Source: Callorhinchus milii (lineage: Eukaryota). From it: a stretch of 64,000 bases of DNA. Shown one piece after another: positions 37,665-51,144 of the stretch. The notes under the pieces were generated by a model. It ran no database searches, was not told the origin of the DNA, and saw only the letters and a list, made by a program, of their open reading frames with translations. Every line of letters starts with the position of its first letter. Position 1 is the stretch's first letter. The DNA is taken from contig NW_024704743.1 in assembly GCF_018977255.1 (NCBI RefSeq), positions 34,288,001 through 34,352,000 on the forward strand. Reading direction: 5' to 3'. The position numbers and the translations under genes were made by a program.

Positions 37665-39482
37665 GTTTCCAAGATAATCTTGGATGCCAAATACAAACCC
37701 AGGCTTCTCTTCTCCACCATTAACCGCCTCCTCCATCCACCTTCCCGCAAACTCGCCCATCCTCTCCTCCAATTCCAACTGCGAGGAGATGTAGGACTTT
37801 CTTGAGTCCAAAATCGAGGGGATTCATTCGGCTACCTCTTCCCCATCCACTGCTATCCTCTCACCATCTCCCCATCATGCCCCAGCACCCACCCATCCCT
37901 CCCTGCACACTTTCGACCCTGTCTCCCCCTCTTCCTTGAAAGCCATCATCTGAGAAATAAAGCCCACCACCTGCTTCCTCAACCACATCCCCACCCCTCT
38001 CCTCACCTCCCAGCTTCACCTCCTGGCCCCTCTTTTAACCAACATCATTAACCTCTCCTTATCCACTGGCACTGTTCCCACCCCCAAATCAGCTGTCATC
38101 ACCGACATCCTCAAAAAATCTACCCTAGACCCATTTCTACTCTCCAGCTATCACCCCATCTCCAACCTCCCATTCCTTTCCAAGGCCCTGGAACAAGTCG
38201 TCATCTCCCAGCTTCGCTTCTTCCTCTCCCGCCATTCCCTCTATGAACCCCTCCAATTGGGTTTCCGCGCTGCCCTCAGCATGGAAACAGTCCTGGTCAA
38301 AGTCACTAATGGCATTCTGAACATCTGGGACCAGGGCTTTCTCTGCCTCCTTGTCCTCCTCGACTTCTTTGCTGGCTTCACTATCGACATCGTCGACATC
38401 TCCACTTAGTTGCTACAAACAGCTTCTCTTCCGGGCTCTGTCCTGGTTCATCTCGTTCTCAATATCTATATGCTCCCTCTTGGTGACATCATCCGCAACC
38501 ATAGGGTCAACTTCCACATGTATGTGAATGACAACCAACTCTATCTTTCTGCCTCCACCCTAGATTCCAGGACCACTGCTGTCCTCACAGATTGCCTGTT
38601 GGACATCAAGTCCTGGATGAGGGCTAAATTCCTGCAGTTGAATGTCACCAAGACCGAGGCCTTCTTGCTTGGCTCCCATCAGTGCCTCCATGCCTCTGAC
38701 AGCATTCTCCCTACATGGATGCACTCTACATCTCACGGAGCCAATATGGAACCTTGACGTCCTGTTCAACCCTCAACTGTCCTTCATAACCCATCCGTGC
38801 CATTACTCGCTCCGCCTTTCCCCACCTTCGCAACGTTGCTGAGCTCCGCCACTGTCTCACACCGCAGGCCACCGAAACCCTCATACATGCATTCATAAAA
38901 TCCAGGCTCGATTACGCAAACTCGCTGCTTGTGGGCTTTCCCAACACCTCCCTCCATAGGCTGCAGATGATCCAGAACTCTGAAGCCCGTGACTCTCCTG
39001 CACCAGGCTATCAGCTCTATCCTCACCCTATCAGCTCTACCTTCACCCGACTCCACTGGCTTCCCATCACAAAAAGGATACAGTTCGAGATCCTGGTCCT
39101 CACTTTCAAAGCCTTCCATGATCTTGCTCCCCCCTACCTCTGTGACTTCCTAACCCCTTACCAACCTGTCCACTCCCTCCACTCAGTTGGCTCCGGCCTG
39201 CTTCACATCCCCCGCCTCGCCCACCCCACCATTGGTAGGCAGGCCTTCTGCCACTCTGCCCCCACTCTCTGGAAATCCATCCCGCAGTCCCTCTGCCTCG
39301 CACCCTCACTTGCCTCCTTCAGAACCCATCTCAAGATCCTCCTCTTCGACCGTGCCTTCGGTCACCCTCCTTCCCCTCCTGCTCCCATGCTCCCCGATCC
39401 CAACCCTCAGCTCAGGTCCACAACATTGATTGTCCCGACGTGAAAGACACTATACAAATGTAATTTTGTTGTTGTTGTTGTT
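37665..39482 (+). mobile_element. L2 LINE, older decayed copy with an internal deletion
   Basis: Collinear with 27421-29322; stop codons and frameshifts; YADD decayed to YVND; a segment between FDTVDH and PQG is lost near 38400; (TTG)n tail. Confidence 0.95.
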
Positions 39483-40935
39483 TAACAGTGTGGTGTTGAG
39501 GAACCATCTGTCAATTGTAACCTGCAGCCATTTGTGTATAAAGTATGAATATAATCACAGTATAAAAAGGAAATGAAGGCATCTGCTTTATAGCACTGAA
39601 ATTGAATCAAAAATACGATGCAACATGCTGATTAATAATATTTATGAACACAAGATTAAATATTATCTATGATGTATTTATTGTGCTAGCAAAGTGCAAC
39701 CATCTCTCAATTATTTGCAACTCAATGTCCATCAGTAGAATTCCTTCCTTCAGTTGAAAGTTCCAGATCTTAATAACCAATTTATAAGGCTGTATATTAA
39801 ATCCTCATCCAGAAATTAGGAACTAGGCTATTTACAGGAAAATGCATGAGCTGGATTACAGTTTTATTGTAGGTGGTTGGTTATGTGACCACACTGACTA
39901 GCAAGTACTCAGCTCCACATTTGCTGTGAGTATCTTTACCCAGTGACAGCTTGGCTCAGTTGGAAGTACTCATGTCTAATGTACAGTACGATTATGCTGT
40001 GTGATACTATTTTGTAGTAAATAATAATAACCTTTGCATTTGGTATAGCACCTTTTATGTATTTAAGAGATTCACAGGATTTACTGTAAAATGTAGTCAC
40101 TGTGTATGTTGTAGGACGAAGGTATAAGTGGGTGAGTTTCAATATTAATGAACAAAATGTTCGAAACCTAGGCTCTATTGGGTGCACTGGACAACTCCAC
40201 AGATCCTACTTGTCCACAAGCAGTTATCAAACTCTTTTGGACTCTCAGCATAATGAAAAAGGCTACAGTAGAAAGTTCCTGTTTTCAGTGGTGAGTGGAT
40301 ATACTTTTGGACTTCTACTCCTCAGAGCTTCAGTGGAAGGGAACTACAATAGTCAAAATTGTGGTATTCTATTCCTTAAACATCACAAGAGAAAATTAAC
40401 AAAATGTTGTTAGAAATAAGAACAATAACATGCAACATATGACAACAAATACTCTGATAATAATCCTTACAATTGATACAGCACCTTTCACATCAGGAGG
40501 GCGTCTCAAAGTGCTTCACAGGATATGCTGTAAAGTGAGGTGACTGTGTACTTTGTGGGCTCATGCCCAACACTGGTTCAGTAGAGGAGGAGTAAAGATG
40601 AAATGAAGGAACAATTAGAGAAGTTTATTAAATTCCTCATGTATGATCATCACAGACATATGAACACAATTTAACAACAACCATAACTTGCATTTATATA
40701 ACTTAAAAGCCCTTAAACCAGATTCTGATTGAAGTAAAGTCATAAAAACTGAAATCTTTTTGGACAATCAAGAAATGATGAAGTTTCTCAACCTAGTTCT
40801 CAAGTGCTGTGAGCTTGTATCTCGTGTTGTTTTGTTAATTCAATTTGTTTGCTTATAAATACAGTCACTGCACTTCACAGTAAAATCCTATGAAGCACTT
40901 TGAGACATCGCAATGACACAATAAGGTGCTTTATC

Positions 40936-41482
40936 TCACTCCCAACTCGAAACCTTCGTCCACATTTTCGTCACCTCCCACCTTGACTATTCTACTGCTC
41001 TCCTTGCCGATCTCCCCAGCTCCATTATCCACAAACTCCAACAAATTTAGAACTCCGCCTCCCATATATTTAACTGCTCTAAACTCTGTATCCCCATCAC
41101 ACCAGTCCTCTCCAGGCTTCACTGGCTCCCTATCACAGAACAGATCGACTTCAAGATCTTCACACTCATCTACAAATCCCTTCACCACCCACTGCTTCCT
41201 TTCCACTAGTTCTAGGCCTCTGCTTATCTGTTGTCCTCTCCTTTCCACCATCAGATGCTGTGCTTTCAGCTACTATGACCTGAAAATTTGGAACTTTCTC
41301 CATCAATCCCTCCACCTTTACCCCTCCTTCCCCTTTTTCAGATCATGCCTGAAGACCTTCCTGTTCAATTGTACTTACAGTCACTTTCTCCCTCCCACCG
41401 GCTCAGTATCAAACTCCACCTCTTTTAAGTGCTCTGAGATGCGTGAAGGATGCTATATAAATGCAAATCAATGTTATATTTG
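40936..41482 (+). mobile_element. L2 3' fragment inserted in a SINE tail, with a 6-bp target-site duplication
   Basis: TTTATC at 40930-40935 and 41483-41488; the host tail GGTGC-TTTATC-AAGTGCAAG is restored when the insert is removed. Confidence 0.8.
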
Positions 41483-42577
41483 TTTATCAAGTGCAAGTAT
41501 TATTACTGTATCATTATTATTTATGTCCAAATGTAACTTAAAATAAACGTATACAATATACTGGGCATCACAGATATCAAATCAAAAGGTACTCATTTCA
41601 CAAAATGTATGTAACCCCATCCTTTTTCTTGCCTTTCTGTTTCTATGCTGCAAGCCCTGTGCACTCCTTCACTGTATTCACAGTTATATCCATTGGTGGC
41701 CCTGCATCGTATCACGTTTGACATTACTTGACAGAGAGCAGACATACCCAATTCAGCACTGGGAGAACAAAAGATGTGCTGATGGATGGGACTGTGTCAG
41801 CGGATGTTTCCCTCTCTATCTCAGGGATAAGAAGAATTCTGCTGTCTCACTGGAGGTCAGGATGACTTATGTGCCTTCCTAAAACATGTTCTGACTTCAC
41901 CATAGGCTTCACCATTTACACTGTTCAGGCAGCCCTCATTCTGTTTATTAATCACTCGATCACTCAGTGCAGATCGTAAACTAACTCTAATCTTGGCCAA
42001 ACCAACACTGAAAGTTGAAGATATTGGAACCCCTATGTCAGCGAAAACAAGGCAGATTATGGATCGTATTTTGGCATTTTGGCTGCTAAAACCAATAATA
42101 AAATGTAAACTAATATTGCCTCCAATGTTGATTACATTAACCAGTATAGCTGCCTGCATTGCTGCACTCCTTTCAATTCCTTAACCTGTAGAGGAGCTTG
42201 CAATACTCTGATCATGTTAGGTTCTGAAGTCCATATAGTGGACTGAATGTCTGTCTGGCAGAAATCCAAAGCATCATGCAAGTCTATTAAAGAACTCTGC
42301 AAGTTGTTTATGCCTGTCTCAACCTTTCAAAGTGGACTATACTGTATTTCCTCAAACCTCAGCTGCACAAATGATCATCATAGGTCTCTTTTTTGAATTG
42401 AGAAACCTAGATGAAGACCCAAGGCCCACAGTAGAGGACAGCACCACCCGGGATGGAAAAGAGTTGGAAAGAAAATGAGATAAATCTAGGATTTAAAGGT
42501 TAGGGCAACAACAAGAGGCAATTTTATTGCAACAATAACAATAATAGTAATAAATGAAATAAAGACTAGAAAGATGG

Positions 42578-42870
42578 CAACAACAACAACAAAATTACAT
42601 TTGTATAGCGTCTTCACGTCGGGAGGACGTCCCAAGGTGCTGGACAGACAGAATTACGGACCCGAGCTAAGGGTCGGGGTGGGGGAGGGGGGAGGGCAGG
42701 GGGGGAAGCAGGGAGATCGAAAGTACGGTCGAAGAGGAGGGTCTTGAGATGGATCTTGAAGGAGGCGAGGGAGGGGGCGAGATGGAGGGACTGTGGGATG
42801 GAGTTCCAGAGGGTGGGGGCAGAGTGTCGGAAGGCCAATAGTGGGGCGAGCGAGGCAGGGGACGTGAAGC
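42578..42870 (-). mobile_element. L2 3' fragment with tail
   Basis: AFRHSAPTLWNSIPQSLHLAPSLASFKIHLKTLLFDR; (CAA)n at 42578. Confidence 0.92.
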
Positions 42871-43204
42871 AGACAACAGAGAGAGAGAGAGGTTGAAAGT
42901 TAGAGGTTGGAAAAAGATCATAGAATAGCCTTTCTCCAGAATCGTGTCCAGGAGTGAAAGAATGGTGTTAGAAAAACCTCAACACATGGGGAAGCAGTAT
43001 TATTATTTTATATTCAAGTCCCAGATGACTTTGACTCTATAGAGAGTGAAGAGTTGTTGAAAGGAAAAGTGTTTGGCACAAAAGTGGACATTTGTTTTCT
43101 GACAGGCTGCTTTAGTATTGAAAGAGAAGTATATGGGAATTATAACAATAATCCTAGCCATTAATATGGTGTGTTATCAGTCATGAAAACGTCTCAGTGG
43201 ATTT

Positions 43205-43595
43205 ATTAACAATAATCTTAGCATTTGGCACCTTTCACCTCAGAAGGACATCTCAAAGTGCTTCACAGGATTTACTTTAAAGTGCAGTGACTGTATTATT
43301 TGTAGGCAAACACAGCAACCAATTTGCACAGAGCAGAGTCCCACAAAGAGTCATGGCTTGAGGGACCAATTTTATTGGGGGGGGGGGGGGGGGGGGGGGG
43401 TGGTCAGGACACCAAACCTTTAACATCTAATGCAACCTTGGTTTAATGTCTCATTCAAAACTCGGCACCTCCAACAATGTAGCATTCCATACCACTGTAT
43501 CACTTTAGAAACCTTAGATTGTGAGTTCAAAATCCAACATGGGACTTGAACCCACAACCTTCTAACTCAGAGGTGAGAGCGCTGCAACTGAGCCA
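43205..43595 (-). mobile_element. Deu-type SINE (family B) containing a G24 run (43377-43400)
   Basis: Minus-strand head TGGCTCAGTTG..GGTTGTGGGTTCAAGTCCC, central domain and tail. Confidence 0.7.
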
Positions 43596-43658
43596 CATTG
43601 ATACCTATCACTGAAGTGTAGTGATTAGGATTAGTATGAGTAAATAGTCATTTGGTAT

Positions 43659-43815
43659 GGAGTCGTGTAGCTCAGTGGTTAGAGCACTTGCCTTGCAAGT
43701 GAGAGACCTGGGTTTGATTCCCATCAGGGCGAAATGTTTGCCAAGTTTCCTTACTCCACAAGCCCCTTTTTAACCCAGCAGTAAGTATAAACACGGTTGT
43801 TAGTCGATTGGCAAA
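43659..43815 (+). mobile_element. SINE family A, 5' half (long form)
   Basis: GGAGTCGTGTAGCTCAGTGGTTAGAGC head plus the internal segment. Confidence 0.88.
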
Positions 43816-43884
43816 TTTCCTGCATAATAATAATGATCTTTGTATTTTATATCATGCCTATAATATTTTGTAAAGCGACATGCA

Positions 43885-44150
43885 GTGAGAGACGGTGATC
43901 GAGATGGGCGATGTTGCGGTGGTGGGGAAAGGCGGAGCGGGTCATGACACGGATGTGAAGGATGAAGGACAGTTGAAGGTTGAACAAGACGTCAAGGATG
44001 TGTATTGGCTCCGTGAGGTGCAGAGTGCATCCATGAAGGGTGATGCTGTCAGCCGCCGAAATATGGAGGCACTGACGGGAGCCAAGCAGGAGGCCTTTGG
44101 TCTTGTTAACATTCAACTAGAGAAAGTAAGCTCTCATATAGGACTTGATG
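43885..44150 (-). mobile_element. L2 internal fragment
   Basis: FLxLNVNKTKGLLLGSRQ..LFNLQLSFILHI on the minus strand. Confidence 0.85.
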
Positions 44151-44541
44151 AGACTCATCCACAAGTGCTGAATAGGGAGCTCCCTGCAGCCTCCAACACC
44201 GTTCTCATTTCTGAAGCCAGACCAGCCATTTGACTTACTTTGTAATGTGGTACATTGGGTTGTTTGTGCTTTTTTTTCATAGGAACGATTAAAGTCTTAG
44301 GAAAAATTTAAATAAGACAATTTTTAAAAAATTACCCAGGAAAGCTGACATCATTTAAAAGGCTAGTATTGTGTAAGATCTGAAGCTGAGCATTCACACA
44401 GCAAGTCAAAACAAGAATTGCTAACAGCAACATAAGAGTAACTAATTCATGGAGACAGGAATAGGCTGGAGTCAGTTTAGTGGTTGTAGTGTAGGGAGAG
44501 AGCAAGTTGGAGAGATAGGGGGGGTGCCAGGGTGTGAATGG

Positions 44542-44842
44542 ATAATAATAGTAATAATCCTTGCATTTGATACAGCGCTCTTCACGTCTTCTAGACGTCT
44601 CAAAGCGCTTCACAGAATATACTGTAAAGTAAATTGACCATATATTTGTGGGTGAAATGCGGCAGCCAATTGTGCACAACAGTGTCCCACAAATGCTCGT
44701 GGATTGAAGTGACCAATTTTTTCTTATTTTTTTTTCTTGAGGGATTATTATTAGGCGTGTAGAGTAAGGAAACTTGGCCAAGGTTTTCCCTGTCAGGAAT
44801 TGCTTGAGAGGTAAGTGCTCTAACCACTGAGATACAGGACTA
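44542..44842 (-). mobile_element. SINE family A, short form, nested in an L2 fragment (~44450-45175, minus)
   Basis: Full SINE flanked by L2 sequence (TLTHAFVTSSLDYSNA at ~45030-45070). Confidence 0.88.
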
Positions 44843-47439
44843 CACAGGGAAATACAAGAGTGCGATCTTCAAATCGATCTGCTCAGTGACACGGAGTCAA
44901 TGGAGTGTAGCAAGGACTGGGGTAATGGAGGTACGAAGTTTAGTGTGGGTGAAAATGCAGGTGGCGGGGTTTTGAATTAGTTGAATTTTGTGAATAGTGG
45001 AGCAGAGGAGACTGGCAAAGAGGCATTTGAGTAGTCAAGGCTGGAGGTGACGAAGGCGTGGGTGAGGGTTTTGACAGCTTTGGAGTGAGGTATGGACGGA
45101 GGCAGGCAATGTGGCGAAGGTGGATGAAAGCGGTCCTGGTCAGGGACCAGATGTGTGGTGCGAAGGATAGCTGGATGCAAAGGATTACTCTCCTTATTCA
45201 AGTGGTATATATCATATGCCTCTCTCAGAACATCTCACACCTCTTTATAATGTACTGTATTATACCAAGTTTCAATTGGAAGGACATCTAGCCTTAGGAA
45301 TTTGCCTCAAGCTACTGTGGAATTGCTTCACTGATTTCTGTCATATTTAGTGGCTTGACTAAGTTGTGGTCTCGTGTGGTAACCAATTCAGTTGTGAAGG
45401 AGGCATTCCAATTTGTAAAGGTTTGTGCAGAGAGTGGGAAACCACAAGCTTATTCCTCTCCTATTTTGATGACTAGATTACAAGCTTGTTGTATGATCTC
45501 TTTTGATTTCCCGTTAAGTAGTGAAAATGATTTATCCTCTTGATGGTGTGGGCCAATAATCCCTCTTGCTCAACACTAACACAAATACAGATTTATTACT
45601 CCTGATTTTCATTGTGTGTGTCTTTTTGTGGAGCAGGTTACTAGAGTTCAGGGAGAATGGCAACACTCATGTACAGTACTTTATTCTCCCTTCAGCCTTT
45701 TCCAGTCAAATTCCACATAGCTCAGTCTCTGCTTTCATGTTCCCTTCACTAGTAAAATATATCAACATGCACCCTCTGAATGTGGGATTGCCATTATTAA
45801 TTCTGTGCCACTCTGTGTGAATAGATCAGGTTCATTCTGCAGAAATCTGGCATAACCTAGGCCTCCTGTGGGGGGAGTGCTCAGGGCCACTTTGGACACA
45901 TCAGTATGCAAAAGATGAATGTTTGAATTGAGTCATGCAGTCCCAGAATAGGAGAGATTACGATACCAACTGTGCATTCAGCACACTTTTCAAAAGCTCC
46001 TGGCTGACAAGGAAATACTAAATTGTGCATTGTCTCTGGCACTGACAAAAAGTTTCCCTTTTTGGGTGTCGCAGTTGCCATTCATCTACCAGACTATGTG
46101 GGGGTGCATCCATTCTTTGAAGAAGAAAGTCAGAACAACACGCATTGCATGCGTGGGTGGGTGGGTGGGTGTGGGAGTTTAACAAATCCTACCAGGATCT
46201 AGACATAGACCACCGACCTTTTATTAGCATTTTAGAGTATACAAAACTTGGAAAATTCTACATTCGGTCTTAAGTTCGTAGCCGGTTTTCTGCAGTTCTC
46301 AAATAATTTACATGAAAACCAGTTTTCAAAATTACAACTGAAAGTCCAGAATTTGAAAAGCTAAAAAAAGAGTCTGAAAGTCTCTGTACCCTTGTAAAGT
46401 TCCTCCCCTCAGATGCCTCTAGGACATAGCAGGCTGAATGAACTGGTACATATCAGGATTTAATATTCTCAATGACTTAACGTTAAGCCATTTGGACACA
46501 GTACTGAGCTTCAAATCAGTACAAAAATACAATAATAGCCATTATAATCAATCGTACCTTCAATAGTATGACCACTGATCTGAAGGACTGTGCTCATCTT
46601 TCTTCAAGGATACCAAGCTCCCAATGCAGGTCAAGCTTGTGGCACATAAGACCTGTGTGCCAACAGTTTTCCTTTACGGATCCAACTTCCTGGGGATGTA
46701 ATGGAGTTCTGGTCCATTTGCATAGTCCAGATCAAGCAATGAAGTAGATTTGTGGTGAGTAGTGGAAGTGGCTGCAGGGAGACAGGGTTCCAGCCTACTT
46801 TGATCTGTTGCTGAGGTGGAGTCGGCTTCACAATGGCATTGTATTCCACCACTGTCAAGCGTTCTGGGACGCTACCCTGCATGAGGGGCACTATATAAAT
46901 GCAAGTGTTGTTTTCTTGTTGTTGCAAAAGTGCCTCACACGAGGACCTGGATTAAACAGCTGGTGCTGAGTAAGCCTGGTACGCAGCATTGTATTTGGAC
47001 TTGAGAGCATCAAGGTGGGCTGGCATGTTGCAAGCTGTCCTGTAAAAGTCCTCCCAACATATTGAAGGCAGCTGAATTTCCTCATCAGTCAGAAAGCTGC
47101 TGAGGAAACTCTGAGGGTTGGGGTGACAGCTACTGGGAGGCATTACCCAGAATCTGAGGTTGTGAAATGCATTCGTACATCCAGGGCTTTGAATCCACCT
47201 TTATTGGTTTGCAGAAAGGTAAGCAACTGCTACTCAAGCTCTGCACCTCAGGCTGGTGAAGTTCTCTGAAGTTTTTTTNCTCTCTCTAAATTGGAAGGGA
47301 TGTGTGTCCGGGCTGTGGGCAGGAAGATGGTGGAAACGATCTCACATATCAGGAAACTCTTAGGGAGTTCCACCGAGTGAGATCTCAAACCTGCAGTTGT
47401 CATATGTCAAATAATCAAATAGTGACTATCCTCCTAGGG

Positions 47440-48262
47440 AAGGTAAGCCGGGTCTTTGTGGAGCTGAATTGGTTCCAAGGTGATGTGTTTGGTAATGGAA
47501 TGTCAGATTTGAGCCAGCCCTCTGTGGCGGTCTTTGTAATCCAGTTCCTGAGCAAGGTGGGTCAGTACTCCAGGGCACTACTGATGATAGCCCAGCCAGG
47601 CAGATGTTTCCGTAAATGTCCTCCTGACATGAAAGGGGCTGTGTAAATGCAAATTATATTGTATCTTGTGGGACATGCAGAAAATAAAATACAACTGGGA
47701 TTAAATATCAAATAAAGTAACTCATGCTGTCAAATGACAATCAACTCCAGTAGTCATATGAAGCATTTCCAAATGATGGCAAAGAAATACAACAACAACT
47801 TGCATTTACGTAACGCCCTCCAACAACAAAAACAACAACAAAATTGCATTTGTTTAGTGCCTTTCGCATTGGGATGATGGCAGCCACCTTGGCTGATCAA
47901 AAGGACTTGGAAAGGCAGGGTCACTTCCCACTCAGTTCCCATTAAACCTTTTAGACAAGCAGAGGGAAAGCTTTCCAGATAGTTCTTTCATTGGCTGGCT
48001 AAGTGGTTTTAACTGATTAAACTCCAACAGTCTCCAATTGACACAATAAGGTCCTGAGCCTAGGCTGTGGCCAACCTGTGCCTTATACTCTAGAATTAGA
48101 CAAGCAGAATGTATACTTCCAGGAGAGAATGCACATTTCATTCCAATAAATATCTCTGGAATTTCCACGTATAGATGGGATGTATGAACGTCTAAGTTTG
48201 GTTTGGATTCTCTTAAACATTGTGATGGGTTTTCACATGTGTCAGACACCTGGCTGACCCTC
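47440..48262 (+). mobile_element. Family C element split by an insertion at ~47604-47872
   Basis: 47440-47603 and 47873-48262 are collinear with 25915-26632 and share the same 3' terminus GTGTCAGACACCTGGCTGAC. Confidence 0.8.
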
Positions 48263-48749
48263 AAAAATCAATAGGACCTTGTGTGAATTGAGAGCCTATT
48301 TTCATCTACCTACTGTTGACATGACGTAAGTTTACTCAGTATAACATTATTTGCTGATGCAGCATGTAGTCTGAGACCTGTATGGTCTGTCTGAGCCTAA
48401 TTTCACCATTGGAAAATAAATGTGTATGGGAGTTCAGATGCCAAGCACTCACAAGCCTCGACATACAGTCTGTTTTAATCAGCACGTCAGATCATGTCTA
48501 TCCCCTCAACTTCTTTAGGCAGAGAGTGTCTTCCCCTACATTCAAATACTGTTTCTGAACAGTTTTGGGTTCATTCATTCTCACATAGGTGTTGAGAAAG
48601 GTGGAGAGATGGCAACAATCTTATATCTTACCTATGAATATCATTTACTGCATGCAGATGAAAATAAATATACCTATCCATCCACTGAAATCTGCCATGG
48701 TCACACAAACTGCAAAGGCTTCCATTCGATCAAAGTGCAGGTAATCAAT

Positions 48750-49228
48750 TCAAGCCCCATGGTGGGATTTTGAGTTCATAGTCCTAGGCTGACACTCCAA
48801 TGCAATGCTGGTAGAGTACTGTATTGTCAGAGGTGCCACCTTCGGATGAGACATTATGGTTGCTGCATTTGCCCACAAAACACAGTCGCCACACTTTACA
48901 GTAGATCCTGTGAAGTGCTTTGGGATGTTCTGCCCATGTGAAAGGCTCTTTACCATATGTAAGAATTATTGTTATTATTAATAAACTGAGGCACCCCCTG
49001 CCTTTTCAGATGGACGTTAAAGATCCCTTTATTTGAAAGAAAAGGGAGTTTCTCCTGGTGTCCTGATCAACAATCCTGCAGCTAAAAATTATTCACTTCA
49101 TGGCTGTTTGGGCAACATTGCTGCGTCAAAATTAGCTGCTGTTTTCACTTCACAGAAATTTTATGAAGCTCTTTGAGACATTCATTCTGTAATAGGAAAG
49201 CTATATGAAAGCTAGGATTATTATTATT
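48750..49228 (+). mobile_element. Deu-type SINE (family B) with an extra tail fragment inserted centrally
   Basis: CTAGGCTGACACTCCA..GGATGAGACATTA [insert ~48857-48978] AACTGAGGC..TCTCCTGGTGTCCTG..tail. Confidence 0.7.
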
Positions 49229-49721
49229 GTGTGATAAACATTGAAAGATCTTTCAAACCCCACTTCTAGGGTCTTACTCCCTCAGATTTCCCTTACCTCC
49301 CTAAAAATGCCCACATCCACCACTACCTCTCCTTCCCAGGCTGCCAAGACCCTCATGTTTGAGTTCATCATGTTGAAACTTGACTAGGCCAATACCCTGC
49401 TCTCTAGACTCTCCCAGCTGCACACAAATTGCAGGCTATCTGTCTGAACCCAGTAGCTAGTGTCCTCTCCTGCATCAGACCCCCTAAGCTTTTTAACCCC
49501 CATTCTTGCTCAGCTCCAATGGTTTCCCCATTCCCCCAGCAGATCAAATTCAAGATCCTGATTCTCACCTTGAAATCATCTCTATGTCCTTGCCCCACCC
49601 TACCTCTCTGACATCCTATACCTCTACTGACTCGGCTGCTCCCTTCGCTCAATGAACACCGGCTTGCTTTGTGTCCTCCAGCCTATCCGCCCCACCATTA
49701 ACAGTCAGGCTTTCAGCTAAA

Positions 49722-50104
49722 GGAGTCCTGTAGCTTCGTGATTTGAGTACTCGCCTTGCAAACGAGAGGACCTGGGTTCGATTCCCGGCAGGACAAAATG
49801 TTGGGCACGTTTATCTACTCCACACGCCTCTGTTTACCTAGCAGTAAGTAGGAACCTGATGCTTAGTCGATTGGCAGATCGCTTTTCTGGGGGTAAATAT
49901 TCTTTCAAAATAAATTTTAAAATAATTTGGTCACTCAATCCACAATTGTTTGTGGGACACTGCTGCGCACAATTGACTGCTGCGTTTCACTCCCATAAAA
50001 TATATAGTCAATTCAGTATATTCCATGAAGGGCTTTGGGATGTCTCGAAGACGTGATAAGGTGCTATATCAAATGCAAGGATTATTATTATTATTATTAT
50101 TATT
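49722..50104 (+). mobile_element. SINE family A, long form, nested in an L2 3' fragment (~49320-50340)
   Basis: Head with acceptor-like stem GTCCTG/CAGGAC and T-arm CTGGG-TTCGATT-CCCGG; the L2 resumes immediately after the (ATT)n tail. Confidence 0.9.
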
Positions 50105-51144
50105 CAGGCCCCACCCTCTAGAAATCTATCCCGGATTTCCTCCAACTCGTCCCTCCCTCCCCATATTCTCCACGTTCAAAGTTCACCTCAAGACTTACCT
50201 CTTTGACAATTTGCCCTTCAGTCACCTTTGGCCTTCCCACCCTCTTCGGCTCCTGCCCCCCAGCTCGAGGGACCAGCCAGAGTGTGTAGCACTTTGAACC
50301 ATCCTCCTGACATGAAAGACACTGTATAAATACAAAGTGTATTGTATCTTGCATATGCATCTGGAACATGCAGAAAATAAAATAATAAATGAGATTAAAT
50401 ATCAAATAGAATAACTCAGGCTGACAAATGACACTCAACTCTAGTAGCCATGTGATGGCAAAGAAATGCAAACCAACATTTGTAGAGTGCATTTCACATT
50501 GAAATGACACCTCAAGGTGCTGGACAGTCAAGGTTTGCACCCAAACTGGAGGATAGTATCTCGGAGCACTGAATAATAATATAGTTTGATGATGAACCAG
50601 GAAGAAAGGGGAGGTGACTGTAGGCAAGGTTGAAGAAAAATGTCTCTGACAGGCAAAGAGGGGGCAAGGTAGAGGGATTGAGGCAGGGAGCTCCAGAGGT
50701 TCAGAGTTAACATTCTACAAGGAGCCACGCTGTCACAGAATAAATAAAAAAGCTCAAAAGTCATTCAAGTGAATGGCCTTGTGGTAAATAAAGAGTGTGT
50801 TGATAATTGCCGTGTTGAAGTCCGTGTCTGACTGTTGGGTTTCTGAGCTTTCCCCTCTCCCCTCCCTTACAAAACGCACACCAATTCCTTTTTTGAAATT
50901 GGAGTTCAATGATATCCTAAATAAACTTTAATATCAAGCACAAGGACAAACAACAGTACTGCATCACTTCATCTCCCTTAACTCCTCAATCCCTTTCCCC
51001 ACTGCCACCCAACCCACCTCCATCTCATACCGCCCCTGGAAAACAATCTCCCCCACCTTCCTCTCGGCTGCCTTAGAGTCATCTGAACTCCTTCCACTCT
51101 GAGCGTTCTCCCGCAATGACCTATCCTCCTTGGTCAATCTTCCA

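Noticed and set aside
43377..43400. G24 homopolymer as a functional G4 element
   Set aside because: It lies where family B SINEs have a short C/G run; simple expansion or a sequencing artefact is more likely.
46952..47143. 63-aa ORF (..FLTDEEIQLPSICWEDFYRTAC..) that looks protein-like
   Set aside because: No recognisable homology, no clear splice sites, abuts a retroposon tail; needs BLASTP to exclude fully. An ambiguous base n at 47279 also lowers local confidence.
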